Source: Hydrolagus affinis (lineage: Eukaryota). From it: a DNA stretch of 64,000 bases. Position numbers and translations under genes: made by a program. Shown piece after piece: positions 24,001 to 36,110 of the stretch. The DNA lies in NCBI GenBank assembly GCA_012026655.1, contig JAAILG010000567.1, positions 1-64,000 on the forward strand, in the 5' to 3' direction. The first letter of the stretch is position 1. Each line of letters begins with the position of its first letter. The notes under the pieces were generated by a model, which made no database searches, had not been told where the DNA came from, and was given only the letters and a program-made list of their open reading frames with translations.

Positions 24001-27000
24001 TACAGTAATAGCCTGTGGGAACTGCTTTGAAATACTTGCATCATCCCGCTGTAAAAGGTGCTAAATGAAATGCAGGGATTTTTTTAATGCATCTGGCATA
24101 AGCGTTAGCAACAACAAAGTACATCTGTCCATTGTGTTCAGCAAAATCAGTAGGAAATCTCTTCCATAGGTTCCTGTTCAATTCTATAGATGGAGCAGAA
24201 CAACAGCAGGAGTGTTTCTGTTTGACTGACACATTTGGCAGCTGTTTACACAGGCTTCAATATCCTCATCTAGTTCAGGCACCTAAAAAGCAGCTTCCAG
24301 CTAACTATTCTTTTATTTCAAATCATGCCAGAACGTTATTCATGGAGCTGAGATACAAAGAGCCTGAGGAATTATCAGACTTAATCCCCATAGAATACAA
24401 TCCAGTTCAAGAGATGTTTCTAGTTGTCCATCAAAATCTGGCTTTAAGTTATCATCAGGGACATTTTGAGGCCAGCCAGGCCAGTATGTTGTAACACCTT
24501 TAACAGTTCTGCGCCTTTTTTTAGTTGCAGCTGTAAGATCTCTTGCCATCGTTGGCAGATTGCCTATAGAGGAAATCTGATCCAGCAAATTGGATTTACT
24601 TTGAGCTTCTACAATTATGAGCAAGTGGGACATAGCAGCACGGTTTGCACACTTCAACAATGCTCTGTACTTCATCACAGTGTGAAGAAGACAACTGCAG
24701 AGACCATCTTCACATCCTCACCGACCCGCCCCACCAACAGAAGAGTGCCTGTTTCTGAGTGCTAAATTCTAAAAACAGATTTACATCAAGAATGAAGCAA
24801 ATATTTTCTAGCTTCCATGCATAAACAGTCATGACGCACAGACTCAGCTACCTCTCTGGTCCCTTATTGATGATGATTATTATTATAAAACTCCAATCTA
24901 ACAGGTCAAAGGATTTCTCTGTTACATTGGAGAGGGCCAGGTTTGGTTGAGTAAGTCTCTGTTTTATTCAGAACTCCCGTTTAGTAACCAATTTGATCTG
25001 GGTGAACAAATCCTGGGACAGGAGGCTGGGAGGTTTTCCTAGGATTTTGCTCACAGATGATTAGGGAATATGGATGTTGTGATCCTGGCTGGTTCTGTGC
25101 ATCAGAGCGACTGTTGTTACGGTCTGTTGTTGGAACAACAATAATAATAAATGACATTTGTATGGGGTCTTTCATGTCGGGAGCACATCGTCCAGTGCTG
25201 GGACAGTGGAGAACCGTTTAGGCAGTAAAATTCAGCTCAGGAGCTTTCATAAAACTGCAGCCTCCAAAACTCTTTGAGGCACTTTGCTTTATACTGATTC
25301 TGAAGGCATAAATGATCAAAATCTTAGAGTCAGTTACATGTGTTATCCACACATAAGCCTTTGGGATATTTCAAGCTATATTCAATGCTGCAGATCATTT
25401 GTTTTCTATGTTACAGTTGCAGAATAATACTGGCCAGCTAGACCTTTCACTCTCTCCTCAGGCTGACTCAACCATTGACATCCCCCCCCACAAATGTGAA
25501 ATCACTCCTCGAGGCTGTTTTGGCTGCTAACTTTCCCCAGAGGTTGCTTCATCCACAGACACCCTTCCCCTGAAATGGCAGCACTCTCTGAAAGATTCTT
25601 AGGCTGTTTACCCCTCTGTGAGTTTCGCTAGCCAAGGGCTCTAGCCTGTTGATCATTGGTTAAGGCTTCCTTAACTGGATCCTGAGGGAATTTAGAGCAC
25701 AATCCTCATGTGGTTACTTTTACTCCTGGAAACAAAATAATATTTCATCATTGCATAGGATGTGTGCTTATTATCTCTGAGCAGTGTTTGTCATACAGTA
25801 ATATTCTGAAAAAAATGACTCTTCAAAATATCTAAACACACGCTGTAAATTACTGGGATTACGTTTGCATTAGAAATACTTGATACAGTAGTCACTTACC
25901 AAAGTCACATTGCTGTTTCAGCTAATGACACGCTTCCAACACAGTTTCCTTCAATAGATCTAAAGATGAATGTTCATTCTATTGTTTAAAAATAAGATTC
26001 GCAAAGTATTTTAGTGAATAATTGATGACCAAAGCATATTACAAAACTACCTGGAATGAATTACCATAACAACATGTATTATTCCAGAGATTATTTGTAT
26101 TTGTCTGGTAGGTTGTTGTAGATTCACCGGTCTTTTTCTCTAACAGTAAAACTAATGTGGATTTAAATACTTTAAAAAGACTAGATTTGTGGTTTATTGG
26201 TAAAAGACTAAAGCTATCACACCAGATTCATTGATTCAGAATCAGCATCTCAGAAGAGTCTGGAGTAGGAGGCAGTCAGGTATCAATTCTCACATATTAA
26301 AAAAGAGTATTTCTCAATAATAGCAATAATAATAATCCTTGCATTTGATATAGTGCTTTTCACATCTTCTAGACATCTCAAAGTGCTTCACAGAATATAC
26401 TGCAAAGTGAATTGACTGTATATATGTGGGTGAATGCGGCAGCCAATTGCGCACAGCAGTGTCCCACAAACAGTCGTGGATTGCAATGACGAATTTATTG
26501 TTTTTTTTATGGTTTATGATAGACAAATTGTTATCTCTATCCCTGGTTGATTTTGCCCTCCCTTCTACCACTCAGTGATCCTATCCAGAATTCCTGTCCT
26601 CATGCCCCTTCACCCTTTCTTGATAAAGTGAGTGCGTGCTTGTGTGCGTGAGAAACACGGCTGGGTAAATTGTTAGGCTCATCAGTGACATGCTCTATAG
26701 TCACATGGTTATTGCCCTGGTTCACTTCACACTGGAACAATGATCGCTTGGTTGGCAGACCATAGTAAACTAGTGCCATCAAACTGAACCTCAGCAAGAG
26801 GAGGCTAGGGACCAGGAACAGAGGTAAATGCAAATTGGGACAAAATTAGAATGCTGCAATTAGATAATCTTTTTACATTTGGATCCCAGGGTTGGCATCC
26901 GCAGACATACATGATTGGAGAAAATTATGTGCTTGTTTAAAAGACTTAAGTGATCTTTTGCTGATTAAGGTGAGGGATGTCAGTGCTGTTAAAATGGAGC

Positions 27001-27892
27001 ACTTTGCTACTTTTGCTGTTCAAAATAGCCTGGGCCAGACATAGAATTAATTGGTGCCGCTCTGATTGTTTAAACCAAACAAGCATAACTTTTTATTTAC
27101 GTTGACTAATTCAACGTAATAACTGTAGTCTTAAAATCCTTTCCTGTTGAGAAAGAATGATCTAGGCAATCTTAAGTTGGACGAAGGTACACATACGTGG
27201 GGCAGTGGGGGATGGGAGAGTTGAAAAAGTGTTCATTGTGAAAACTGTAATGTAATAATAATCGTTACTTTTGGTAAAGTGCCTTTCATGTTGGGAGGGA
27301 GTACGTCCCAAAGCACTTCACAGGATATACTGTAAAATGCAATGAGTGTGGGTTTTGTGAGTGAATGTCATGAGTGAGGAAAAATTGCCCTCAGAATATG
27401 AAGCGCAGGTTATGATGGAACACCATTGCATGACCTACAAGTCACCCAACTCACGAGAATTCTGCTGTGACCAGAGATTGTCTCTGAGCCTTTTTCTCAT
27501 GATTCAGCATGATATTCCCAGCAGGATACATACTTTGTGTCTAGAGATACTTTCGCTGGGATTTGCACCATTTACCCTGTGGTTTTCCTGCCAAGCACTT
27601 TTCTAAACCCAATGGAGGAGCAGAAAGCTTCCGAAACAAGAGAGAGCTGAGAAAGGATGACCGGAATTTGGGCAGGAGATATTCTCAAAGGAGGCTGGGT
27701 GAAATTGGAGAACATTCACATCTTAAACACTCTTGTGCTTAGAATAGATTGGTAAGAGAGGCCCATGGAACAACCTCTCCAACTGAGAACAGTACTCATT
27801 GCAAATACATATGACTTAATGGTAAAGGCATGGAAAGATGATCCTTTTAAACCATTGTGAATGCATCACAAGCAGATATAATACAATTAATA

Positions 27893-28158
27893 TAAATCCT
27901 TGCATTTGATATAGCGCTTTGTCAAAGCACTTCACAGGATATACCGTAAAGGGCATTGCCTGTGTATTTTGTGGGGGAAACGCGACAGCAAAGTTCCACA
28001 AACAGCCATGGAGTGAGTGACCAATTTTATTTGGTGGATTGTTGGTAAGGACACTGGGAAAGAGAAACACTCTTCTCTTTTTGAATAGTGCCATGCGATC
28101 TGTAACATCCTCCTTAACAGGGCGATGGGTTTAACATCTCATCCAAAGGACAGGACGT
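27893..28158 (-). mobile_element. Deu-domain SINE
   Basis: ttgaatagtgccatgcgatc..tttaacatctcatccaaagga. Confidence 0.7.
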
Positions 28159-28192
28159 TAAAGGCTTATCAACTCCCCTTCCTGGCACTGAG

Positions 28193-28507
28193 AATAATAA
28201 TCCTTGCATTTGATATAGCACTTTTCACATCTTCTGGACGTCTCAAAGTGCTTCACAGAATATACTGTAAAGTGAATTGACTGTATATTTGTGGGAGCAA
28301 CGTGGCAGCCAATTGCGCACAGCAGTGTCCCACAAACAGTTGTGGATTGAAGTGACCAATTCTATTATTGCGTTTTTGTTAAGGGATTATTATTCGGCAC
28401 GTGGAGTAAGGAAACTTGCCCACGGTTTTGCCCTGACCTGCCTGAATTTGAACACAGGTCTCACGCTTTTAAGGCGAGTGCTCTAACCACTGAGCTACAG
28501 GACTCTA
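28193..28507 (-). mobile_element. Young tRNA-derived SINE, short form, full length
   Basis: High similarity to the 7934, 38888, 46705 and 55803 copies. Confidence 0.9.
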
Positions 28508-30384
28508 CAAACGAGAGACAAGGCTTCAACTCCCGGCAGGAGTTGAACTTTGACAGGTAGCTTAATTTCATTGTCCAACAGGTCTGAGTTCCTCAGCTCC
28601 TGTGAGATGCGTGTCCTCCCAAAAATTATACTTGTACACAAACTCATTAGAGTCTGAAGCTGGAGAGGAGATTTCCTGACCAGCTTCCAGGAGGTTGCCA
28701 AAGAAACGTATAATATGTGCAGAATTCCCAGGGTCAGCCACAAGTTGACTAGATCCGCACATTTTTGTTCACAAAGAAACAAATGCTGTATTATTTTATG
28801 AGGTAACTTGTGGGAAGAAACAGAATGTTTCAAAAAAAATTTCAAGTCGCTGAAGACCCCCTGGCCCACATCAAACCCTTTTTTATGTCAGAGGAAGAAA
28901 AGGCAGCTCTCTGTTGTGACCTCTTATAGTCTTTATGTTAACAGTTTCAGTCATGAAATCTATTCATCGTGGCCAATATTAGAATTCAGCTACTTTTTAT
29001 CAAAACATAGCACTGTATAAGGCCACGTCCTTTAACCTTCTAGAGCTATACTCTGAGCAAGATAGATACACATTGCTGTTATTCTCTCTCTGTGCCGCTG
29101 TCATGCTGAGAAACTGATTGGAGGGCGGTGGAATCTTTGAGGAGTACTGCATGTTAGAATTTTTCCCTTTCAAATCCAGGCCAAGTGGACAGGTTCAACA
29201 TCTCCTCTTTCTGCTAGCTGTTATTACCTAAGAGAACTGGTGTTTTGTTTTGACAATCTCAACCCAGTGCTTAATACTTGTGAGACGATGACCCAAAATA
29301 CTTCATGAACTGGCATTAGTTAGAGCTCGATTGGCCGTCCAACTCAACAGGCTGTAACAGCTGGTGCAATGCAAATTGTAAAGGGTAAATTGTAATTGTT
29401 CAATCAGATACGTTCTTCTGAGATTCAAGTTCAGGCATTTTGTTAAATCAGAACAGAGGGAACTCTACACGATATCTTCTCAACACTGACTGCATCAGAG
29501 TGTTTGACGGTGACATTGGATACAAAAGTGGAAACTAACCTTCCTCATCTTCACAGCGTGCCTCATCTTCATGGACACAAAATATCTCAACACATGTTTT
29601 ATTTCCCACACAACCTTTTTTGTTCAAATCTAAGTCTGCTAAATGTAAAATGCTGTAATTGCTAACAAAAAAAAACAATTGGAGAGTTCAATCCATGACT
29701 GTTTGTGGGATACTGCGGTGCGCAATTAGCTGCCACATTTAGCCCACATATGTACAGTCAATTCACTTTACAGTATATTCTGTGAAGCGCTTTGAGACCT
29801 CTAGAAGATGTGAAATGCAAGGATTATTATTATTATTGACCCGCTTCCTTTAACCGTGTGTGAATTCTTTATAGAATCTACCCAGATTAATCCAGGTGGA
29901 TAGCATTTATCCAAAAGGCAACAGATGGCCAGATCACTCAAGGTTTTAGTTTACAATCTTAATGCATTTAAACATGAGTGAGCTTCAACCCAAACCGTTA
30001 AATCTCTGACACACTTGGGTCATGGGATTGAATATCTGTACAGGGGGAGCTGTGCTGGAAGGAATTTCAGCTCTGGAACATTTACACAGAGGTCTTTGAA
30101 GTAGGAATTCTTGGCATTTGGGATGTCTGTAAACAGGGCATAATCTGGATTGAACAATCTAATACAAACAAGGCTGTGTGAATAGTTAACTGCAAAACCA
30201 TGTCACTTTATGGTTGTTTGAGGGACATTGTTGGCTACAATTACGAAGTTACTACATTTTACAGTATATTTTGTGAAGTGCTTTGAGATGTCCTTCTGAT
30301 ATGAATGGTGCTATAATCAGGTATAAGGATTATCACATAATCAAAATGACTCAAAGCACATCAGTGGATTTTGCTATACAGGGT

Positions 30385-30778
30385 AGTGTCTGGGTTTTTG
30401 GAGACAAATGTAGCAGTCAATTTTGCACACAGTAATATCCTACAAATAGTAATTGAGTGAATGACCAATTTTAACCAGGGGATTAGTCACCAGGACACCA
30501 GGAAAAACTTTCTTTTCTTTTTGAATAGTGCCAATGGATGTAGGTTTGTCTACAAAATACAGTACACTTTACAGAAAATCCTGTAAAGGACTTTGACACA
30601 TCCTCTCAAAGTGAATGGCATTCCATTACATGTAAAGATTATTAATCTTATTATTTATTTGTAAAATCTAGAATAAACAGGACCTTGATTTAAGGTCTCA
30701 TTTGAAGGAAGTTACCTCTGATAATGCAGTACTCCTCCAGCATTGCACTGGAGTATCAGCCTGGACAATAAGCTCAAG
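30385..30778 (-). mobile_element. Deu-domain SINE with an inserted sense tail fragment
   Basis: caggacaccagga..gaatagtgcca; ggtctcatttgaagg..gcagtactcc. Confidence 0.6.
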
Positions 30779-31557
30779 CAACAACAACAACAAAATTACA
30801 CTTATATAATGTCCTGACATGGGGCTTAAACTAGCGATGGGCCAGTGGGAGAGTCATGACCCTCACCCCTCAACCACTTTGAGGTCGGCCAATCTTGTAC
30901 AACAGTCGGCTAAAACTGACTGCAAATAATTTCCTTGCTTACTTTTTAATTCCTGGTCGTGACTGCATTGCCATTTTGAACCCGATGCAGAAGGTAACAT
31001 GACATTAGAAGATTTGGTGATGGCTGTGCTGTGAGTGCAGTCTGTGAAGCATTAGCTCTCTTGTCCAACTGTCACAGACCCTCACCCTCGCCTCCTGACC
31101 CTGACTGATAGCTCAAACCGCCAATCAAAGCCAAGTTGGGAGGAGATGGAGGATTAGGGAGCCAACTCGTCAACATCTGGATTTCAGCTCAACCACCAGT
31201 CCTTTGATCTTTGCTCCACCTCTGGCTGGAGCCCACAACTTCCATTAGCCCACTTCTTGTCAAACTCCATTGGCACTCTGTCACAGTGGATTTCAAGATG
31301 TTCAATCTTTTGAAATCCTTCGTATCCTGGCACCAATTACTCCTGTCACCCCCCCCCCACCACCCCCACCCATCATCTCTCCAGCCTGCACTCTTCTACA
31401 ATACTACCCGCAGCCTCCACTCCACCAGCTCCAGCTTCCTCCTTGTCCCCTGCATCCTCTGCTCTACCATCAGTGGCCATGCTTTCAGCCACTATGTCCT
31501 GAAGCTGTGAAACTCTCTGCTTCAATTCCTTCACCTTGCCCCCTCTCTCCCCATTTA

Positions 31558-31990
31558 CCAGGCAAGACGAAACCTTGGGCGAGTTTCCTTACACCACACG
31601 CCTAATAATAATCCCTCGAAATAAACAATAATAAATTGGTCATTTTCAATCCATGACTGTTTGTGGGACACTGCTGTGCGTAATTGGCTGCTGTGTTTCA
31701 CCCACATATACAGTCAATTCACTTTACAGTATATCTGTGAAGTGCTTTGAGATGTCTAGAAGATGTGAAAAGAGCTATATGAAATACAACAAAAACAAAT
31801 TGGATTTATATAGTGCCCTTCACGCCGAACGGTGTCTCAGAGCGCTTCAATCGATCGAGCGAGCGAGCAAGCAAGCAAGCAAGCAACCAACCAATCGATC
31901 AAAACTTACATTTATATAGCGCCTTTCACGCCGAGAGGACATCCCAAGGCTCTGTACAGTTTCGCTTTGAATGCAAGGATTATTATTATT
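31558..31990 (+). mobile_element. Young SINE, 5-prime truncated, tail interrupted by two antisense L2 3-prime ends and a tetranucleotide run
   Basis: Core and body at 31560-31785; tail end tgcaaggattattatt resumes at about 31972. Confidence 0.75.
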
Positions 31991-34079
31991 TTGAGGTCAA
32001 GCTCAAAGACCTGCCTCTTCAGCCATGCCTACGGTCACCATCCCCTTCACCCTGACTTGGGATCGGACTCCGCCACAGCTAAGTGCTCCAAGACATAGTC
32101 CAGTGTGAAGGGTGCTATATAAATGCAAGCTGTTGCTGTTGTTACCAATAGAGCCATGTGGATACCTCTGTTCTTCATTTGTTTGCCTTAAACATGAATC
32201 CGAGATTTAACTGGTCATTTACTATACTTGGTTCAGTGCTCTATTTTCATGCCTCTCCAATCATTTGTTCAAGTTTCAGTAGTGACGAACATTTAATTTT
32301 TGCCTGACTGGGGAAAACTTCCACCTGGATCTAATTTACTCTATTTTCTTAACATTACAGAGCGTCTCAAATTTGGCAAATTGTTGAATTCAGACTTAAC
32401 TTTGAAGTCATTTTTGTTTTGTAGTTCTTAGGAGAATTGTATAGAAAATGGGATTCAAAATTAAATCTGCGTTTAAGTGTTTGCCAAGTTTTGGACACTC
32501 TGAAATGATCCATAAATAGATTGATTTAGACCTGGGTGGAGTTTCTACCCTGATGAGTTTTGTCCATTTGTATGTGGGTGGTGATGTTAAGAATCATTGA
32601 TAAAACATTACTCAGGAACCTTTCTGCTAGAAAGAAACAACCTCAAGACATGAGATCTGCATGTGAGTCTGCTCGGGGTAGCAGACTCGCATGCAGATTG
32701 CTTTGTGAGTCAGTGTAGCACAAGGGACTCTACACAGAGTGCCGTTTATGACACAAGATGCTTTTTGCTAATAGTAGCAATGTAACCAGCAGAGCCACTC
32801 CTTACCTGATAAATGCTCCTTTCCTAACCACAACCTGATCACAACAACAACAACAACAACCAAATTACATTTATATAATGCTTTTCAAGGCTGGAGCACG
32901 TCCCAAGGCACTGGACAGAAAGTATTCTGGACCACAAGTTCCATTTTCACAAATTGGATCCATGAACTGCAACTTTCAGCACCTTGGGATGTCCTCCCAA
33001 CGTGAAAGGGCTCTCTATAAATGTCATTTTGTTGCTGTTGTCGAATAGTGAATTGTGGTTTTGCTCACTGGCCTTTTTCTGGAATTTGTTGGTTTGTGAT
33101 TCCGAGTGACCACATTGTGAGTCTCGCTATCCAATATTTGCAAGAATAGCAGCAAGAGGAGACCAATCAGCCCATCATGCCCGTCCACCGGTTTATTAGA
33201 TCTTAGCATTTGTTCCAATATCTTGCCCTTTCATCATATTGCTCACCATTCCCAGTTATCTCAATTAGCTGTCTCTTTCAACCCCAAACTCACATTTTGG
33301 GAAATATAATGCCTTTTATATTATAGCTGGTAAGAAGCTTGCTGATCAAACACACAGCAGCCTTTGCATGGTTATAGATATGTGATTCTGTGGGATATTT
33401 GGCTCCTTGTTATAAGACAATATCAATGTCAGCCCTATCACTGAGGGGGCGGTGGGTGGGGGGGGAAGAGCAATTCAAGAAAAAGTCAGCAAAATAGAAT
33501 TCAACGTTTTGCCGAAAGCATTACATACTTGTAAGAAGCTCAGAGAATAATAAATACAAGCTGTTTCTCTTGAGTTTATGTGACCCTCCTGGGTGCAAAC
33601 TTGGATGTCCGCATAGAATGCCTTTAATCTGTATTCCTAGCAGAGCGATGCTGAGCTAGGAGGCAACAATCACGTGTTCGGGGATCAGTCTTCAAACAGC
33701 ACTATTGTTTGAGGGTATGAAGGACAGTCTTTGTCTGGCAGCTGGGAGGTCAAGCTAAAAGGCCCTACAATTGAGTCAAGGTCAATGGCAATCTCCTAAA
33801 GTTAAGCTGGAAGACTGGCGACCTATTCCGCAAGGTTGAGTGAGAAAGAAGAGAAGGATAAAAGCGAGGAAGAGAAGGTCTGTCTCTTCGGTGTAAACAG
33901 ATGGTTGGCTGATTGTGAATGTACCTGAGTTTACCTTTGTGTGCCTGGCATATCAGAATGGTAAGAGCTGATTTTGTGGCCTAGGAGAATTTCCATCCTA
34001 TACAAAGAAACCTTACACAACTAACATGCGATGAGGCTAACATTATTATCAATAGCATCATCATTATTAAGGAAAGAAA

Positions 34080-34168
34080 AATAGAGGAAAAAGAGATATC
34101 GCTAGGAACACTCAGCAAGTCAGGCAGCATCTATGGAGAAAGGAAAAGTGAGTCAATGTTTTGGGCTT
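34080..34168 (-). mobile_element. Penelope-like terminal repeat fragment
   Basis: ggaacactcagcaagtcaggcagcatctatggagaaaggaaaagtgagtcaatgttttggg. Confidence 0.6.
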
Positions 34169-34447
34169 TAGTACGGTTTAAAATTGACACATAGGAGTTT
34201 GGACAACAGCTTGCTACAGATTCAAAGAAAATAGCAAGACTCAGGCCATGAGTGGAATAAATCACTTAGTCACAGAGTAATGCCACCTGCTGGTGTTTCT
34301 AAAAGAGTAACATAGAAAAATGTAAGCACTGGTTAGGAATCTTATAACTTTCACCCAATAAACACTTGAGATTGAACCAATGAATTAATTTGAACAGCAC
34401 AAGAGGCTGCTTAGTTCATAAATGTAGTCTGAACACAATTTGAGATA

Positions 34448-34677
34448 CAGCTCAGTGGTTAGAGCACTCACCTTACAAGTGGGAGACCTGAGTTCAATTC
34501 CAGGCAAGGCAAAAGCTTGGGCAAGTTTCCTTACTCCACACGCCTAATAATAATCCCTCGAAAATAAATTGGTCATTTCAATCCACGACTGTTTGTGGGA
34601 CACTGCTGAGCACACTTGATTGCTGCGTTTCGCATAAATATATACAGTCAATTCACTTTACAGCATATTATGTGAAG
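34448..34677 (+). mobile_element. Young SINE, 3-prime truncated
   Basis: agctcagtggttagagcactcaccttacaag head plus core and body. Confidence 0.85.
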
Positions 34678-35804
34678 GAACAATCCTGCAATTTGGTCCT
34701 CTCTAAAACATTGCCGGTTCTCTGTGGTTTACTAAATTAGTCAATGTAGATGGATACAAACATTCAATATAGATTCTCTCGGGTGATTAAAGGTATCATC
34801 TGCCTATGCCTTGCTCTGGAAATAAGTGATATTTCCTAACTCCAACACGTTCTGTTAGCCTAGGAGTAACCCAGTTGTTAGTCAATTGACTAATCACTTT
34901 CTGGGGGTAAAAATCCCTCCAAAAATAATGTGGTCACTCAACCCATGACTGCATGTGCACAATTAGTTGCCACGTTTCACCTAAAAGATATACAGTCAAT
35001 TTACTTTACAGTATATTCTGTGAAGCACTTTGAGATGTCTGAACGATGTGACTATATCAAAGACTATTATTATATCAAAGCAAATTTAGCGTAAGAAATA
35101 TCAGCAGTGCATGGGATTGCAGCCAAACAGGTGTGAACCACCTACTCACTATGTCAAAAATTCAAAGAAGCATTTTAAAGAGATGCTGGTCTACTTGATA
35201 AGGAGAGAACAGGAGAGTGTTGCATTGTTGCGACCATGCAGCATTTGAACTGCATTTTAATGATTCCGTAGTTAAGAAACAAAATTGATCACATCACACT
35301 GGAAGTACTCTGGGAGAATCGAGTTTCTCCAACAATGCTCTGGATAAGTTGATCATTCATTTCATGGTCATTATGGGCCTTGCAGTGTATAAATTGGCTG
35401 CTATGTTGCTGTGTCCAAATCCTGGAACTACCCGACCAAAACTAAGTTGGGACCACTGTTACCACAAAGGACTCAGCTACATAGTCCTGCAATAGTACTT
35501 TCCATTGTTAGATAGACCAGCAAGCCTAGCTCATTGACAATACTTGGGAGTAGAAGACCAGACACTGGGAACAGGGATTTTCCTTGGTTCTGATAACCAT
35601 GGAAGCCAAAGCCCTAAAAGGGCAGAGTGGTTCAAGCTGGAAAAATAATGGTAAACTTGTCACACAGTACTATCAATATCTAAAAACGCATGCCTGTTGT
35701 CTGCTGTTGATAGCACTGTCTGCAAAGCTTTCCATTGTTTTTCCAACTTGATTCCCAAGCCTTGATGCATTCCTATTCGCCCATAAATTCTCTTTTCAGG
35801 CAAC

Positions 35805-36110
35805 ATTTTAGGCAAGTTTTCTTACTTCGCACACACGCACACACACGCACACACCTCTGTTTACCTAGCAGTAAGTAAGAACATGCTTATTTGTTGATTG
35901 CTAATTGCTTTCCGGAAGGTAATAATGCCTTTAGAAAAATAATAATTAATTTGGTCACTCAATCCATGACTGTTTGTGGGACACTGCTGTCTACAATTGG
36001 CTGCCACATTTTGCCCCCAAAACACACTTTACAGTATATTGTGTGAAGTGCTTTGATATGTTTCGATGACGTGATAAGGCGCCATATAAAATACAAGGAT
36101 TATTATAATT
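35805..36110 (+). mobile_element. Long-form SINE, head-less, with CA expansion in the core
   Basis: ggcaagttttcttact(cgcacacaca)n-cctctgtttacctagcagtaag. Confidence 0.75.

Larger units (their letters stand above)
11072..24760 (+). pseudogene. Decayed multi-exon VWD-domain (VWDE-like) gene
   Basis: AG-preceded segments in colinear order, with many stops and frameshifts: 11072-11308 (ends PLQCYK|GT); 12320-12468 (GEP..GYVFDSNG*PG/fs/EFII..ICG); 12951-~13075 (AEFEGRQIT); 20581-~20758 (IEFADS..VLCGDQRRNTECE); 24190-~24760 (ECFCLTDTFGSC..CCNTFNSS..IAYRGNL). Confidence 0.45.
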
